Shown piece after piece: positions 1 through 8,438 of a stretch of 45,600 nt of DNA (its first letter is position 1; each line of letters opens with the position of its first letter). The notes beneath the pieces are model-generated. The model searched no databases. It saw nothing but the letters and a program-made list of their open reading frames with translations, and was not told where the DNA came from. The DNA lies in the NCBI GenBank assembly GCA_016202395.1, contig JACQOV010000038.1, positions 1 to 45,600 of the forward strand, read 5' to 3'. The translations under genes were made by a program, and so were the position numbers. Source of the stretch: Deltaproteobacteria bacterium (lineage in GTDB: Bacteria > JACQOV01).

Positions 1-5
1 AAACA

Positions 6-182
6 GGGCACCTCTAAAAACTATGTTCGTGACGAAAAATCATGATCTGAGCCGAGACAAGGAGGATGAGCAAAAAGCCCGGAAACGTACCTAGAAGGTA
101 CGTTGAGGACTTTTTGTGAAATCCGACGCAGTCGCAGGTCAGAGCATGATTTTGCAGTAGAAGATAGTTTTTAGAGGTGCCC
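6..182. mobile_element. Fold-back MITE-like element (177 bp)
   Basis: Perfect 19-bp terminal inverted repeat GGGCACCTCTAAAAACTAT (6-24) / ATAGTTTTTAGAGGTGCCC (164-182). Interior is also self-complementary, with central hairpin AACGTACCT-AGA-AGGTACGTT (84-104). No transposase. Confidence 0.8.
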
Positions 183-193
183 AATAGATAAAT

Positions 194-835
194 ATGTTGT
201 GGGCCCTTTTAAAAGAAGATATTAAGGCCTCTTTGGAGCGGGATCCGGCTGCGAGAAACCCGTTGGAGATTATTCTCCTTTATCCCGGTTTCCATGCGCT
301 TGTGATCTATCGAATTTCCCACTGGCTTTGGAGCCATCGGCTGAGGCTTTTGGGGCGGTTTCTTTCGCAGATCGGCCGTTGGGTTACCGGGATTGAGATT
401 CATCCCGGCGCTCAAATTGGAAGGCGCTTCTTTATCGATCACGGAATGGGGGTGGTTATTGGCGAGACCACCGAGGTTGGCGACGACGTCACCATTTACC
501 AGGGAGTCACTTTGGGAGGAACCTCTCGGCGAAAGGGAAAGCGGCACCCCACCATTGGAAACAACGTGGTGATTGGAGCGGGGGCCGAGGTGTTGGGGCC
601 TTTGACGATTCATTCCCATAGCAAAGTGGGGGCCGGCTCCGTGGTTGTAAAAGACGTTCCAGAAAACTGCACGGTGGTGGGTGTTCCAGGACACATCGTT
701 CACCAAGACGCCCAATCGTTCGATGGAGTCGATTTGAATCACAATATTCTCCCTGATCCTGAAGGGACCGCCATTGAGATGTTGTCGAAGCAGGTGAAAG
801 AGCTTCGAGAAAGATTAGAGAAACTTGAGAAATGA
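194..835 (+). CDS. cysE: Serine O-acetyltransferase
   Basis: [37 protein letters not shown] motifs; hexapeptide repeats. Confidence 0.96.
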   Translation: MLWALLKEDIKASLERDPAARNPLEIILLYPGFHALVIYRISHWLWSHRLRLLGRFLSQIGRWVTGIEIHPGAQIGRRFFIDHGMGVVIGETTEVGDDVTIYQGVTLGGTSRRKGKRHPTIGNNVVIGAGAEVLGPLTIHSHSKVGAGSVVVKDVPENCTVVGVPGHIVHQDAQSFDGVDLNHNILPDPEGTAIEMLSKQVKELRERLEKLEK

Positions 836-1986
836 AAAAAGTCTACATGGATTACAATGCGACCACTCCGGTTCATCCGGAGGCCCTTCGGGCGATGGAG
901 AGCGCTCCATTTGGAAACCCTTCGAGTCTCCATTGGGCAGGGCGGGAGAGCGCCTACGCCATCGATCAAGCCAGAGAAGAGGTTGCCGATCTCTTAGAAG
1001 TTCAACCGCGCGAGGTCATCTTTACGAGCGGCGGTTCCGAAGCCATTAATCTCGCCATTCGTGGTCTCTTTGAGACCGCTCGACAAAAAGGGAAGAATCA
1101 CATCCTGACAACGGCGGTCGAACATGAGGCCTCTTTGGAGACCTGTCGGTATCTTGAAAAACAAGGGGCTCGCGTCACCTATCTTCCTGTTAACTCTGAA
1201 GGAGAGATTAATCTGAATGAACTCGAATCGGCGATCACAGAACAAACCTGTTTAATCAATGTGATGTGGGTCAACAATGAAACGGGCAATATTTTCCCCA
1301 TTGAAAAGATCGGAGAGATTGCGAAACGTCACGGGGTTCTTTTCCATTCGGATGCAGTGCAAGCGGTTGGAAGGATCTCTGTAAAACCGAAACAAGCCAA
1401 CATCCCTCTGATCTCTCTGTCAGGGCACAAACTCTATGGACCCAAAGGGGTGGGAGCCCTTTACGTCCAACATGGCATCAAAATGGAACGGCTGATCCAC
1501 GGAGGGGGGCAAGAGAGATATCGAAGAGCAGGAACTGAAAACGTATCGCACATTATTGGATTGGGAAAGGCCTGTAAGATCGCAAAAGAGGAGATGGAAA
1601 AAGAGGCGGAACGGCTCCGAGAGTTGCGGGACCGACTTTACCGTGGATTGATGGAACAGATTCCTGAAATTCATCTGAATACTCATTTTGAGAACGCCGC
1701 CCCTTCGACACTCAATGTAAGCATTCTCTACGTTCAAGGGGAATCGCTCCTCTTGAATCTGGATGCTCAAGGGATTGCGGTCTCTTCGGGATCCGCTTGT
1801 AGCTCGGGGCGGCTAGAGCCTTCACACGTGCTTCAAGCGATGGGGCGAAATTACGAAGAGGCCCATAGCGCGTTGCGATTTAGTTTGGGACGCAATACTA
1901 CTTCAGAGGATGTAGATTATGTGCTGGAGGTTTTGCCGAAGGTGGTCGAGCGACTCCGTTCGATGTCGGCGGTGTATCAAGCATGA
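832..1986 (+). CDS. iscS: Cysteine desulfurase (IscS/NifS group I)
   Basis: [19 protein letters not shown] (PLP lysine), SSGSAC catalytic Cys; 4-bp overlap with cysE. Confidence 0.93.
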   Translation: MKKVYMDYNATTPVHPEALRAMESAPFGNPSSLHWAGRESAYAIDQAREEVADLLEVQPREVIFTSGGSEAINLAIRGLFETARQKGKNHILTTAVEHEASLETCRYLEKQGARVTYLPVNSEGEINLNELESAITEQTCLINVMWVNNETGNIFPIEKIGEIAKRHGVLFHSDAVQAVGRISVKPKQANIPLISLSGHKLYGPKGVGALYVQHGIKMERLIHGGGQERYRRAGTENVSHIIGLGKACKIAKEEMEKEAERLRELRDRLYRGLMEQIPEIHLNTHFENAAPSTLNVSILYVQGESLLLNLDAQGIAVSSGSACSSGRLEPSHVLQAMGRNYEEAHSALRFSLGRNTTSEDVDYVLEVLPKVVERLRSMSAVYQA

Positions 1987-3074
1987 CGAACAAGAATAAA
2001 AAAGTGGTGGTGGCGATGAGTGGGGGAGTGGATAGCTCCGTCGCCGCAGCTTTGCTCGTGGAGCAAGGCTACGATGTTGTCGGAATCTCTTTACAACTCT
2101 GGAACTATGCAGGCTCCGACAAAGGAAGCTTTGATGGTTGCTGTTCTCCGGAGGACCTCTACGATGCGCGAGGGGTGGCTCGACAGCTCAGGATCCCTTA
2201 CTACGTCTACAATTTTGAGCAAACTTTTATGGAAAAGGTAGTGCATCCTTTTGTAAATTCGTATCGGACGGGCCAAACCCCCAACCCTTGCGTCCTTTGC
2301 AACGAAAAGGTCAAGTTTGACCCACTCCTTCAACGAGCCAAAGAGCTGGAAGCCGATTATCTTGCAACAGGGCACTACGCGCAGGTAGAGCGAGATGAGA
2401 GAGGAGTCCATCATCTTCGAAAAGCGAAAGATCTGCAAAAAGATCAGTCGTATTTTCTCCATCGACTCACTCAGGAGCAACTGGCCTATTGCCTTTTCCC
2501 GGTTGGAGGAATGAACAAGGAAGAAGTTCGTGGGATCGCAAAGAGATTGGGGCTTCGAGTTGCTGAAAAACCGGACAGTCAGGAAATTTGCTTCGTGGCG
2601 AATCAAAATTATGCCTCGTTTGTGGAAGAACAGTCTTCAAGTTCAATGGATCCAGGTCCTATCCTCGATGAAGAAGGCCATCTCTTAGGAACGCATCCTG
2701 GGCTTCATCGTTACACGATTGGTCAACGTCGAGGTCTTGGGATCTCTAGCCTAGAGCCTCTCTATGTGATCCGAATGGATACTCGGGAAAATCGGCTCAT
2801 CGTCGGAAAAAAAGAGCGGTTGTATGAAAATAGTTTTATCGTGCGGGAGACCCACTGGATTGATGGAGAGCCGCAAGGCCCTATCGCAGCTCGTGTTCGA
2901 ATTCGGTACAAACATCAGGAGGTCCCTGCAACAACGGAGCCTCTCCCATCGCATGAGACCCGCGTTCTCTGCCAAGAGCCTCAACGCGCCATCACGCCGG
3001 GCCAAGCCGCCGTTTTCTACCAAGGAGATCAGGTGTTGGGGGGTGGCTGGATCGAAAGGGTGGGCTACGAGTGA
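1983..3074 (+). CDS. mnmA: tRNA-specific 2-thiouridylase
   Basis: AMSGGVDS, TPNPCVLCN, ATGHY, KDQSYFL, DSQEICF, TPGQAAVFY. Confidence 0.97.
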   Translation: MTNKNKKVVVAMSGGVDSSVAAALLVEQGYDVVGISLQLWNYAGSDKGSFDGCCSPEDLYDARGVARQLRIPYYVYNFEQTFMEKVVHPFVNSYRTGQTPNPCVLCNEKVKFDPLLQRAKELEADYLATGHYAQVERDERGVHHLRKAKDLQKDQSYFLHRLTQEQLAYCLFPVGGMNKEEVRGIAKRLGLRVAEKPDSQEICFVANQNYASFVEEQSSSSMDPGPILDEEGHLLGTHPGLHRYTIGQRRGLGISSLEPLYVIRMDTRENRLIVGKKERLYENSFIVRETHWIDGEPQGPIAARVRIRYKHQEVPATTEPLPSHETRVLCQEPQRAITPGQAAVFYQGDQVLGGGWIERVGYE

Positions 3075-3820
3075 GCCTGGATGATTCTCAAATCTTGTCT
3101 CTTGAAAGGACATTGGGATATTGTTTCCGAGATCGATCGCTGCTAATCCGATCTTTAACTCACACTTCTCATGCCTATGAGAGAGAAGGGACTAAGATCG
3201 AGCACTATGAACGGCTCGAGTTTTTGGGAGACGCCGTTATGGATCTTGCGGTCAGTGTCTTTCTCTTCGATCTTTTCCCTCAAGAACCGGAAGGAGATCT
3301 TTCAAAACGCCGGGCCTCTCTCGTCAATGAGAGGCAGCTGACTTTACTGGCGCGAGAACTCCATCTTGGAGATTATCTTCTTTTAGGCAAAGGGGAAGAG
3401 CAAACCGGAGGGCGAGACAAAGACTCGATCCTTGCCAATGCTTTTGAGGCGGTCATTGCCGCAATTTACTTGGATGGCGGATGGATCCCGGCTTTGGATT
3501 TCTGTCGCCGTCAGTTCGAAGATCTTCTTTCTATCGAGACCTCTTCGGAAGAAGGGTATGCGCAAGATTTTAAGACTCGCCTGCAAGAAAAGGCGCAGGA
3601 ACTTTTCAAAGAGACTCCTCAGTATGAATTGATCCGAGAAGAGGGGCCCGATCATGAGAAAATTTTCGAGTTTCGAGTGACCCTTCAAGGAGAGGTTCGA
3701 GGGACTGGAATCGGACACAGTAAAAAAGAGGCGCAACAACGAGCCGCCGAGGCCGCTTTAGAAAAAATTCTAGAGCTAACCACTAAATCTCCTGTTCATG
3801 GTTCGACAAGCTCACCATGA
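3071..3820 (+). CDS. rnc: Ribonuclease III
   Basis: ERLEFLGDA signature, C-terminal dsRBD (KTRLQE...GPDH...SKKEAQQRAA). The last 8 codons and stop come from a REP element. Confidence 0.96.
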   Translation: MSLDDSQILSLERTLGYCFRDRSLLIRSLTHTSHAYEREGTKIEHYERLEFLGDAVMDLAVSVFLFDLFPQEPEGDLSKRRASLVNERQLTLLARELHLGDYLLLGKGEEQTGGRDKDSILANAFEAVIAAIYLDGGWIPALDFCRRQFEDLLSIETSSEEGYAQDFKTRLQEKAQELFKETPQYELIREEGPDHEKIFEFRVTLQGEVRGTGIGHSKKEAQQRAAEAALEKILELTTKSPVHGSTSSP

Positions 3821-3911
3821 ACGGATCAACAATTACCATGAACGGGTCAATAATTACCATATGAACAGGTCGTTTGTAGAAACCGTTCATCCTGAGCTTG
3901 TCGAAGGATGA
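3794..3911. repeat. Inverted REP pair with internal 21-bp tandem repeat
   Basis: GTTCATGGTTCGACAAGCTCACCATGAACGG (3794-3824) and inverse CCGTTCATCCTGAGCTTGTCGAAGGATGAA (3883-3912); tandem units ACCATGAACGGRTCAAYAATT at 3814, 3835 and a partial unit at 3856. Confidence 0.8.
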
Positions 3912-4814
3912 ATGACGCTAATTAACATGCAAAAGGAAAAACGTTCTGGGGTCGTTGTTGTGATGGGACGTCCCAACGTTGGAAAATCGACACTGATTAA
4001 CTCCTGGGTTGGCTCGAAGGTTTCGATTGTCTCCGAAAAACCTGAGACCACGCGCCATCGCATTGCGGGCATTGTCAACACCTCGGAGGCTCAAATCGTT
4101 TTCTTAGACACCCCAGGGATTCATGAAAGTGGAAAACTCCTCAACAAAATTATGGTTCGAAAGGCTTGGTTCGCGGTGGAAGAGGCGGACGTGCTCCTTT
4201 TACTCGTAGAGGCAGGACGTTCTCCCTCCCTTGAAGAGAAAAGAATTATCGAAGGGATCCAACGATTCTCAAAACCGGTTTTTCTTCTCATCAATAAGAT
4301 CGATCTTGTCAAGCGATCGAAGCTCCTCACTCAAATCGATCAATACCAGGCCCTTTACCCCTTTAAAGCGATTATTCCCATTTCAGCTCTCAAACGCGAC
4401 GGGATTCCTGTCGTGGAAAAAGAGATCCTGCCTTGCCTTTCTGTAGGCCCTGCTTATTACACTGAAGATCAGTGGACCGATCAAACGGAGCGTTTTTTGG
4501 TGGAAGAGCTCATTCGCGAAAAGATCTTCAAAGAAACTTATGAAGAGATTCCATATGAAACCGCTGTCCGAATCGAATCGTTCCAAGACAAAGAAAGGGT
4601 TACGGTGATCGAGGCAACGATCTTGGTTGAGAAGCAATCTCAAAAAGGGATCGTGATTGGGAAAAAGGGTGGGACGCTAAAAAAAATCGGGGAGGAGGCT
4701 CGCAATGAAATCGAGCTTTTACTCGATCGCAAGGTGTTTCTTCAGTTGTGGGTGAAGGTAGAAGAGGGATGGAGCAAAAAAGAGGAATCATTGAAACGAC
4801 TCGGTCTCCTTTAG
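3912..4814 (+). CDS. era: GTPase Era (alternative start 3927)
   Basis: GRPNVGKSTL, DTPG, NKID, KH domain with KGIVIGKKG; follows rnc. Confidence 0.96.
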   Translation: MTLINMQKEKRSGVVVVMGRPNVGKSTLINSWVGSKVSIVSEKPETTRHRIAGIVNTSEAQIVFLDTPGIHESGKLLNKIMVRKAWFAVEEADVLLLLVEAGRSPSLEEKRIIEGIQRFSKPVFLLINKIDLVKRSKLLTQIDQYQALYPFKAIIPISALKRDGIPVVEKEILPCLSVGPAYYTEDQWTDQTERFLVEELIREKIFKETYEEIPYETAVRIESFQDKERVTVIEATILVEKQSQKGIVIGKKGGTLKKIGEEARNEIELLLDRKVFLQLWVKVEEGWSKKEESLKRLGLL

Positions 4815-4817
4815 TCA

Positions 4818-4964
4818 TGTCATCCTGAACCCTTCGATGGACTCAGGACAGGCTCCGTGAAGGATCCCGTGACTTTAACGAGATCCTTCGGCTACGCCTC
4901 AGGATGACAGCTATTGTTCTTCGCGGAGCCTGTCCTGAGCGAAGTCGAAGGGCTCAGAATGACA
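4818..4964. repeat. Composite REP cluster (about 47-bp imperfect inverted repeat with extra internal REP half)
   Basis: TGTCATCCTGAACCCTTCGATGGACTCAGGACAGGCTCCGTGAAGGA (from 4818) pairs with TTCTTCGCGGAGCCTGTCCTGAGCGAAGTCGAAGGGCTCAGAATGACA (4917-4964); internal GATCCTTCG-GCTACGC-CTCAGGATGACA. Confidence 0.85.
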
Positions 4965-6290
4965 ATGAATACAAATACAGAGAGAATCCCGACGGTGGCT
5001 ATCGTTGGAAGACCCAATGTTGGGAAATCACGCCTTGTGAATCGATTGATGGGACGTGACCGCGCGATTGTTCATAATGAGCCGGGGGTCACACGCGATC
5101 GACTTTATGGGGAGGTGAACTGGAGGGGAAGGACATTCCAGGTCATTGATACCGGAGGGATCCCAACCGAGACGCTCTCTTCTTTATCGACCTCCATTCG
5201 GCGACAGATTGAGTTTGCTTTGGAGGAGGCCGATCTATTTTGTTTCGTAGTGGACCGAAAAGAACTTCATCCCCTCGACAAGGAGATTGGCAACTGGCTT
5301 CGTAGCTTCGGGAAACCGATCATTCTCGCTGTCAATAAAGTGGATGTGGCAAGTCATGAAAGCGATCTTCTTAACTTCTACGAACTTGGAATGGAGCCCC
5401 TTCTAGCCATCTCGGCAGAGGAGGGGAGGGGAATCGATTCTCTTCTGGATGCCTTCCTGGAACGACTACCCGCAACAGAAAAAAATATAGAAACCCTGGA
5501 AATGTCCATTGCCATTCTGGGCCGACCCAATGTCGGCAAGTCCTCTCTTTTTAACCGATTACTCCAAAGCGAGCGTTCCGTTGTGGATGAAAAGGGAGGA
5601 ACAACACGAGACGCCGTTAACTCTTTTGTGACCCTCAAGGGAGAGCGGATCCAGCTCGTGGATACCGCGGGAATCCGGCGAAAAAGCCGAGTTGCGGGGA
5701 AACTTGAAAAAGTGAGTGTGAAGAGAGCCCTCGATCAGATTGAGAAAAACCAGATTGTTTGGCTGGTCATTGACGCTCCAGAAGGGGTTGTCGATCAGGA
5801 ACAACAGTTAGCTCAGCTGATTTACCAGAAGAATCGGCCTACCCTCATCGTTGCCAACAAGATCGATAAAATTCCTTTCAAAGATCGGGAGCCTCTTTTA
5901 GAGACCTTAAAAAACTCGTTCTATTTTTTGCCGGGGATTCCACTTTATCCTACCTCGGCTCTAACGGGCCATGGGGTGACAAAACTTCTCCCCGAAGCCC
6001 ATCAGTTAAAAGCAACCTTTGGGAAAAGGATCTCCACCTCTGAGCTCAATAAGTTTGCTCAAACCACTCTTCACCGTATTCGTCCCAGTTTTAAAGGAAA
6101 AACGCCGAATCTCCTTTATTTGACTCAAACGAGCACATCTCCTCCAACATTTACCTTATTCTTTAGCGAGGGGGCGGAACTCAGCGAGGCTTACAAAAGA
6201 TTCTTCCGGAACGAAATTCAAAAAGGGTTCGGATTCGAATCGGTTCCTATTCGCCTCTTCTTTCGCGCGGGCCGTTTGCGTTTGAATTAG
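4959..6290 (+). CDS. der: Ribosome biogenesis GTPase Der (start 4959 or 4965; the ORF-track start at 4914 lies within the repeat)
   Basis: Two tandem GTPase domains (GRPNVGKS twice, DTGG/DTAG, NKVD/NKID) and a C-terminal KH-like domain. Confidence 0.94.
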   Translation: MTMNTNTERIPTVAIVGRPNVGKSRLVNRLMGRDRAIVHNEPGVTRDRLYGEVNWRGRTFQVIDTGGIPTETLSSLSTSIRRQIEFALEEADLFCFVVDRKELHPLDKEIGNWLRSFGKPIILAVNKVDVASHESDLLNFYELGMEPLLAISAEEGRGIDSLLDAFLERLPATEKNIETLEMSIAILGRPNVGKSSLFNRLLQSERSVVDEKGGTTRDAVNSFVTLKGERIQLVDTAGIRRKSRVAGKLEKVSVKRALDQIEKNQIVWLVIDAPEGVVDQEQQLAQLIYQKNRPTLIVANKIDKIPFKDREPLLETLKNSFYFLPGIPLYPTSALTGHGVTKLLPEAHQLKATFGKRISTSELNKFAQTTLHRIRPSFKGKTPNLLYLTQTSTSPPTFTLFFSEGAELSEAYKRFFRNEIQKGFGFESVPIRLFFRAGRLRLN

Positions 6291-6311
6291 AGATATGTTA
6301 CCTAATACAAT
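6282..6311 (+). promoter_or_regulatory. Putative sigma70 promoter, leaderless transcript
   Basis: TTGAAT-18 bp-TACAAT ending 5 nt before ATG 6317; no Shine-Dalgarno. Confidence 0.45.
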
Positions 6312-6316
6312 ACTCT

Positions 6317-7081
6317 ATGCCACATTTAACTCGAAGAGAGATTAAGAAACCGGATTGGTTTATTCAGAGGGTTGGAAGGGTTAGGGCTGGGCTTGTAAAC
6401 AACCGGAAGAGGGCGATCCTTGTTCTTGTGATCTTGATTGCCGCCTTCGCAGGGTTCGGTTTCTATCGCAATGAGAGGAATCACGATGAAAAAGAGGCAG
6501 CAACCTTGTTTGCCAAAAGTTATCAACAGTTAGAATTCGCAGAGCAAGCCATGAAGAGGGGAGCGGAAGAGGAAAAGATCGAAGAGAATAAAGAAGGCAT
6601 TCCAAGCGATGCCATGATCTCCATTGATCCGATCTCATTTTATCAGGAGGCCGAAAAGGGGTTTGAGGAGATTCTGATAAAATACCCTCATTCTAAAGTG
6701 ACAACTCAAGCGGCCCTTTATCTAGGCGCCGTTCACTTCAAGCAAAATAATTTTGAAAAAGCGATTGGGGCTTACGAACAAGCGGAAAAATCGGCTCGGA
6801 GGAATTCTCTCCTTCAATGGGAGGCCCAGTTCGGAAGAGCGAAGAGTTTAGAGGCGGCAGGGAAGATCCCTGAGGCTGTTTCTGTTTTCGAGTCGATTCA
6901 TGAAAGTGAGGCAAGCTGGCTCCAATCCATCGTGGTAGAGAATCTTTTCCGTCTTTACCTCCAATCGGGTCAGATTGAGAAAGCGGATCAACTTCTAAAA
7001 GAGGTTGAGAAGTCTGATAAAACGGCTATGGTGAATCAGTTTAAAGGGCTGCGGAAGTTGTATGAAGAAAAGAAACCTTAG
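6317..7081 (+). CDS. Membrane-anchored TPR protein, YfgM-like
   Basis: Single N-terminal TM helix then TPR-like helices (KYPHSKVTTQAALYLG...AIGAYE); lies between der and a BamB-like gene. Confidence 0.75.
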   Translation: MPHLTRREIKKPDWFIQRVGRVRAGLVNNRKRAILVLVILIAAFAGFGFYRNERNHDEKEAATLFAKSYQQLEFAEQAMKRGAEEEKIEENKEGIPSDAMISIDPISFYQEAEKGFEEILIKYPHSKVTTQAALYLGAVHFKQNNFEKAIGAYEQAEKSARRNSLLQWEAQFGRAKSLEAAGKIPEAVSVFESIHESEASWLQSIVVENLFRLYLQSGQIEKADQLLKEVEKSDKTAMVNQFKGLRKLYEEKKP

Positions 7082-7096
7082 AGACAATGGCGGCGG

Positions 7097-7133
7097 GATC
7101 CTTCGCCCCGCCAAGGCGGGGCTCGGGATGACA
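7097..7133. repeat. REP half-element
   Basis: GATCCTTCG-CCCCGCCAAGGCGGGG-CTCGGGATGACA; same frame as the unit at about 4882-4909 but with a different inner hairpin. Confidence 0.7.
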
Positions 7134-8366
7134 AATCTCTTCCTGCTTTTAGCTGTGTTGTTTTCTATTGAAGGGTGTTCTAGATTCCAATGGATCAACC
7201 TCAAAGAGATTTTTATTCCTAAGGCCACCCCTCCTTGGGCCACTCTCCATGGGGGGCCCCTCCATTGGGGTTACATGCCGGGGGAGATATCGACCCCTTT
7301 GAAACTCCACTGGGTTACGGCGCTTTCGGAACAGAACGGAAGCATTCTAAGGCCTCAACGTTTCACCCTCGAGAATTCAAGACCCACTGCCTATAATGGC
7401 GCTATTTTTGTTGGAAGCCCTACTTCGGGACTGGTGGCCATCGATTGGTCCAAAGGGAAAGAGTTGTGGCGTGTCGAAGACGGGACTGGCGTGGAATCGA
7501 CCCCTGCGATAGCGCAAGATCAAGTGCTCTTTGGAGCACAGAATGGAACTTTTTACTCCGTAGACTCGAAGACAGGAGATGAAAACTGGCGCTTGGACTC
7601 TGGAGTGGAGATTCTAAGTTCACCGACTATTGCAGAAGGGAAGGTTTTCTTTTCTAACGCCCGGGAATCCCTTTACGCTCTTGATTTGACAACGGGAGAG
7701 TGGCTGTGGCAGGTCGATCGGGAGGTCTTTGACAAAGTTACGATTCGAGGGACCGCGTCTCCGGCTGTTGACGCTGGAAAGGTTTACCACAGCTTTTTTG
7801 ATGGATCTGTTTTATGTCTGGAGGCTCAAACAGGAAATATCCTTTGGGAGACAAAACTCCCTTCCGAAGGACAGTTTACCGATGTCGATGGAGCGCTCCT
7901 GTTGATCCCCTCACTCCATCAACTGGTTGCGGCCTCTTTTGATGGTCATCTCTCTGGCCTTTCGCTCGATTCTGGAGAGATTCTTTGGAAGCTAGAGAGT
8001 GGGGGAAGCTCCACAGCAGCCTACGATGGAGAGTGGCTCTATTGGACCGATCGAGAGGGGACTTTAATGGCGATCGATCCTTCCAGCAACGGACAAATGG
8101 TCTGGGAGAAGAACCTTCATGTTGAATTTTTAAGCGCGCCGGTTGTCAATGACAGCCAAGTGCTTGTTGCTAGCGATGATCCAGAGAAAATTTTTCTCCT
8201 CGATAAAAAGACTGGGGACATCCTTGAAGAGAGTTGGATTACCTCTGGATTTCATCAAACTCCGACCCTAGTCGATGGAAACATTCTCATCGTTTCTGAG
8301 AAGGGGGGTCTCTATCGATTCCGACCCCGGTACTCTCGAGCTACTTATACAACAACATGGGAGTAG
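7128..8366 (+). CDS. PQQ-like beta-propeller lipoprotein, BamB-like
   Basis: Repeated A(L/I)DxxTGxxxW blades; start at 7128 gives MTNLFLLLAVLFSIEGC (lipobox-like); yfgM/der context. Confidence 0.78.
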   Translation: MTNLFLLLAVLFSIEGCSRFQWINLKEIFIPKATPPWATLHGGPLHWGYMPGEISTPLKLHWVTALSEQNGSILRPQRFTLENSRPTAYNGAIFVGSPTSGLVAIDWSKGKELWRVEDGTGVESTPAIAQDQVLFGAQNGTFYSVDSKTGDENWRLDSGVEILSSPTIAEGKVFFSNARESLYALDLTTGEWLWQVDREVFDKVTIRGTASPAVDAGKVYHSFFDGSVLCLEAQTGNILWETKLPSEGQFTDVDGALLLIPSLHQLVAASFDGHLSGLSLDSGEILWKLESGGSSTAAYDGEWLYWTDREGTLMAIDPSSNGQMVWEKNLHVEFLSAPVVNDSQVLVASDDPEKIFLLDKKTGDILEESWITSGFHQTPTLVDGNILIVSEKGGLYRFRPRYSRATYTTTWE

Positions 8367-8375
8367 CTCTAGGAC

Positions 8376-8394
8376 GTCATCCCCTGGGAATGAC
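8376..8394. repeat. Collapsed REP remnant
   Basis: GTCATCCC-CTG-GGAATGAC has the same GTCAT...ATGAC ends as the other REPs. Confidence 0.45.
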
Positions 8395-8438
8395 ATTTGT
8401 GTTATTTAACATAATAATTCTTATCGGACATTGTACAA

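Noticed and set aside
3814-3871. 21-bp repeats as a mini CRISPR array
   Set aside because: Units are directly tandem with no unique spacers, derive from a REP arm, and no cas genes are present.
4914-4958. N-terminal extension of Der (MFFAEPVLSEVEGLR)
   Set aside because: Translation of REP sequence; not part of the Der family.
7062-7127. N-terminal extension of the BamB-like ORF
   Set aside because: Mostly REP-derived; a start at 7128 gives a normal-length lipoprotein signal.
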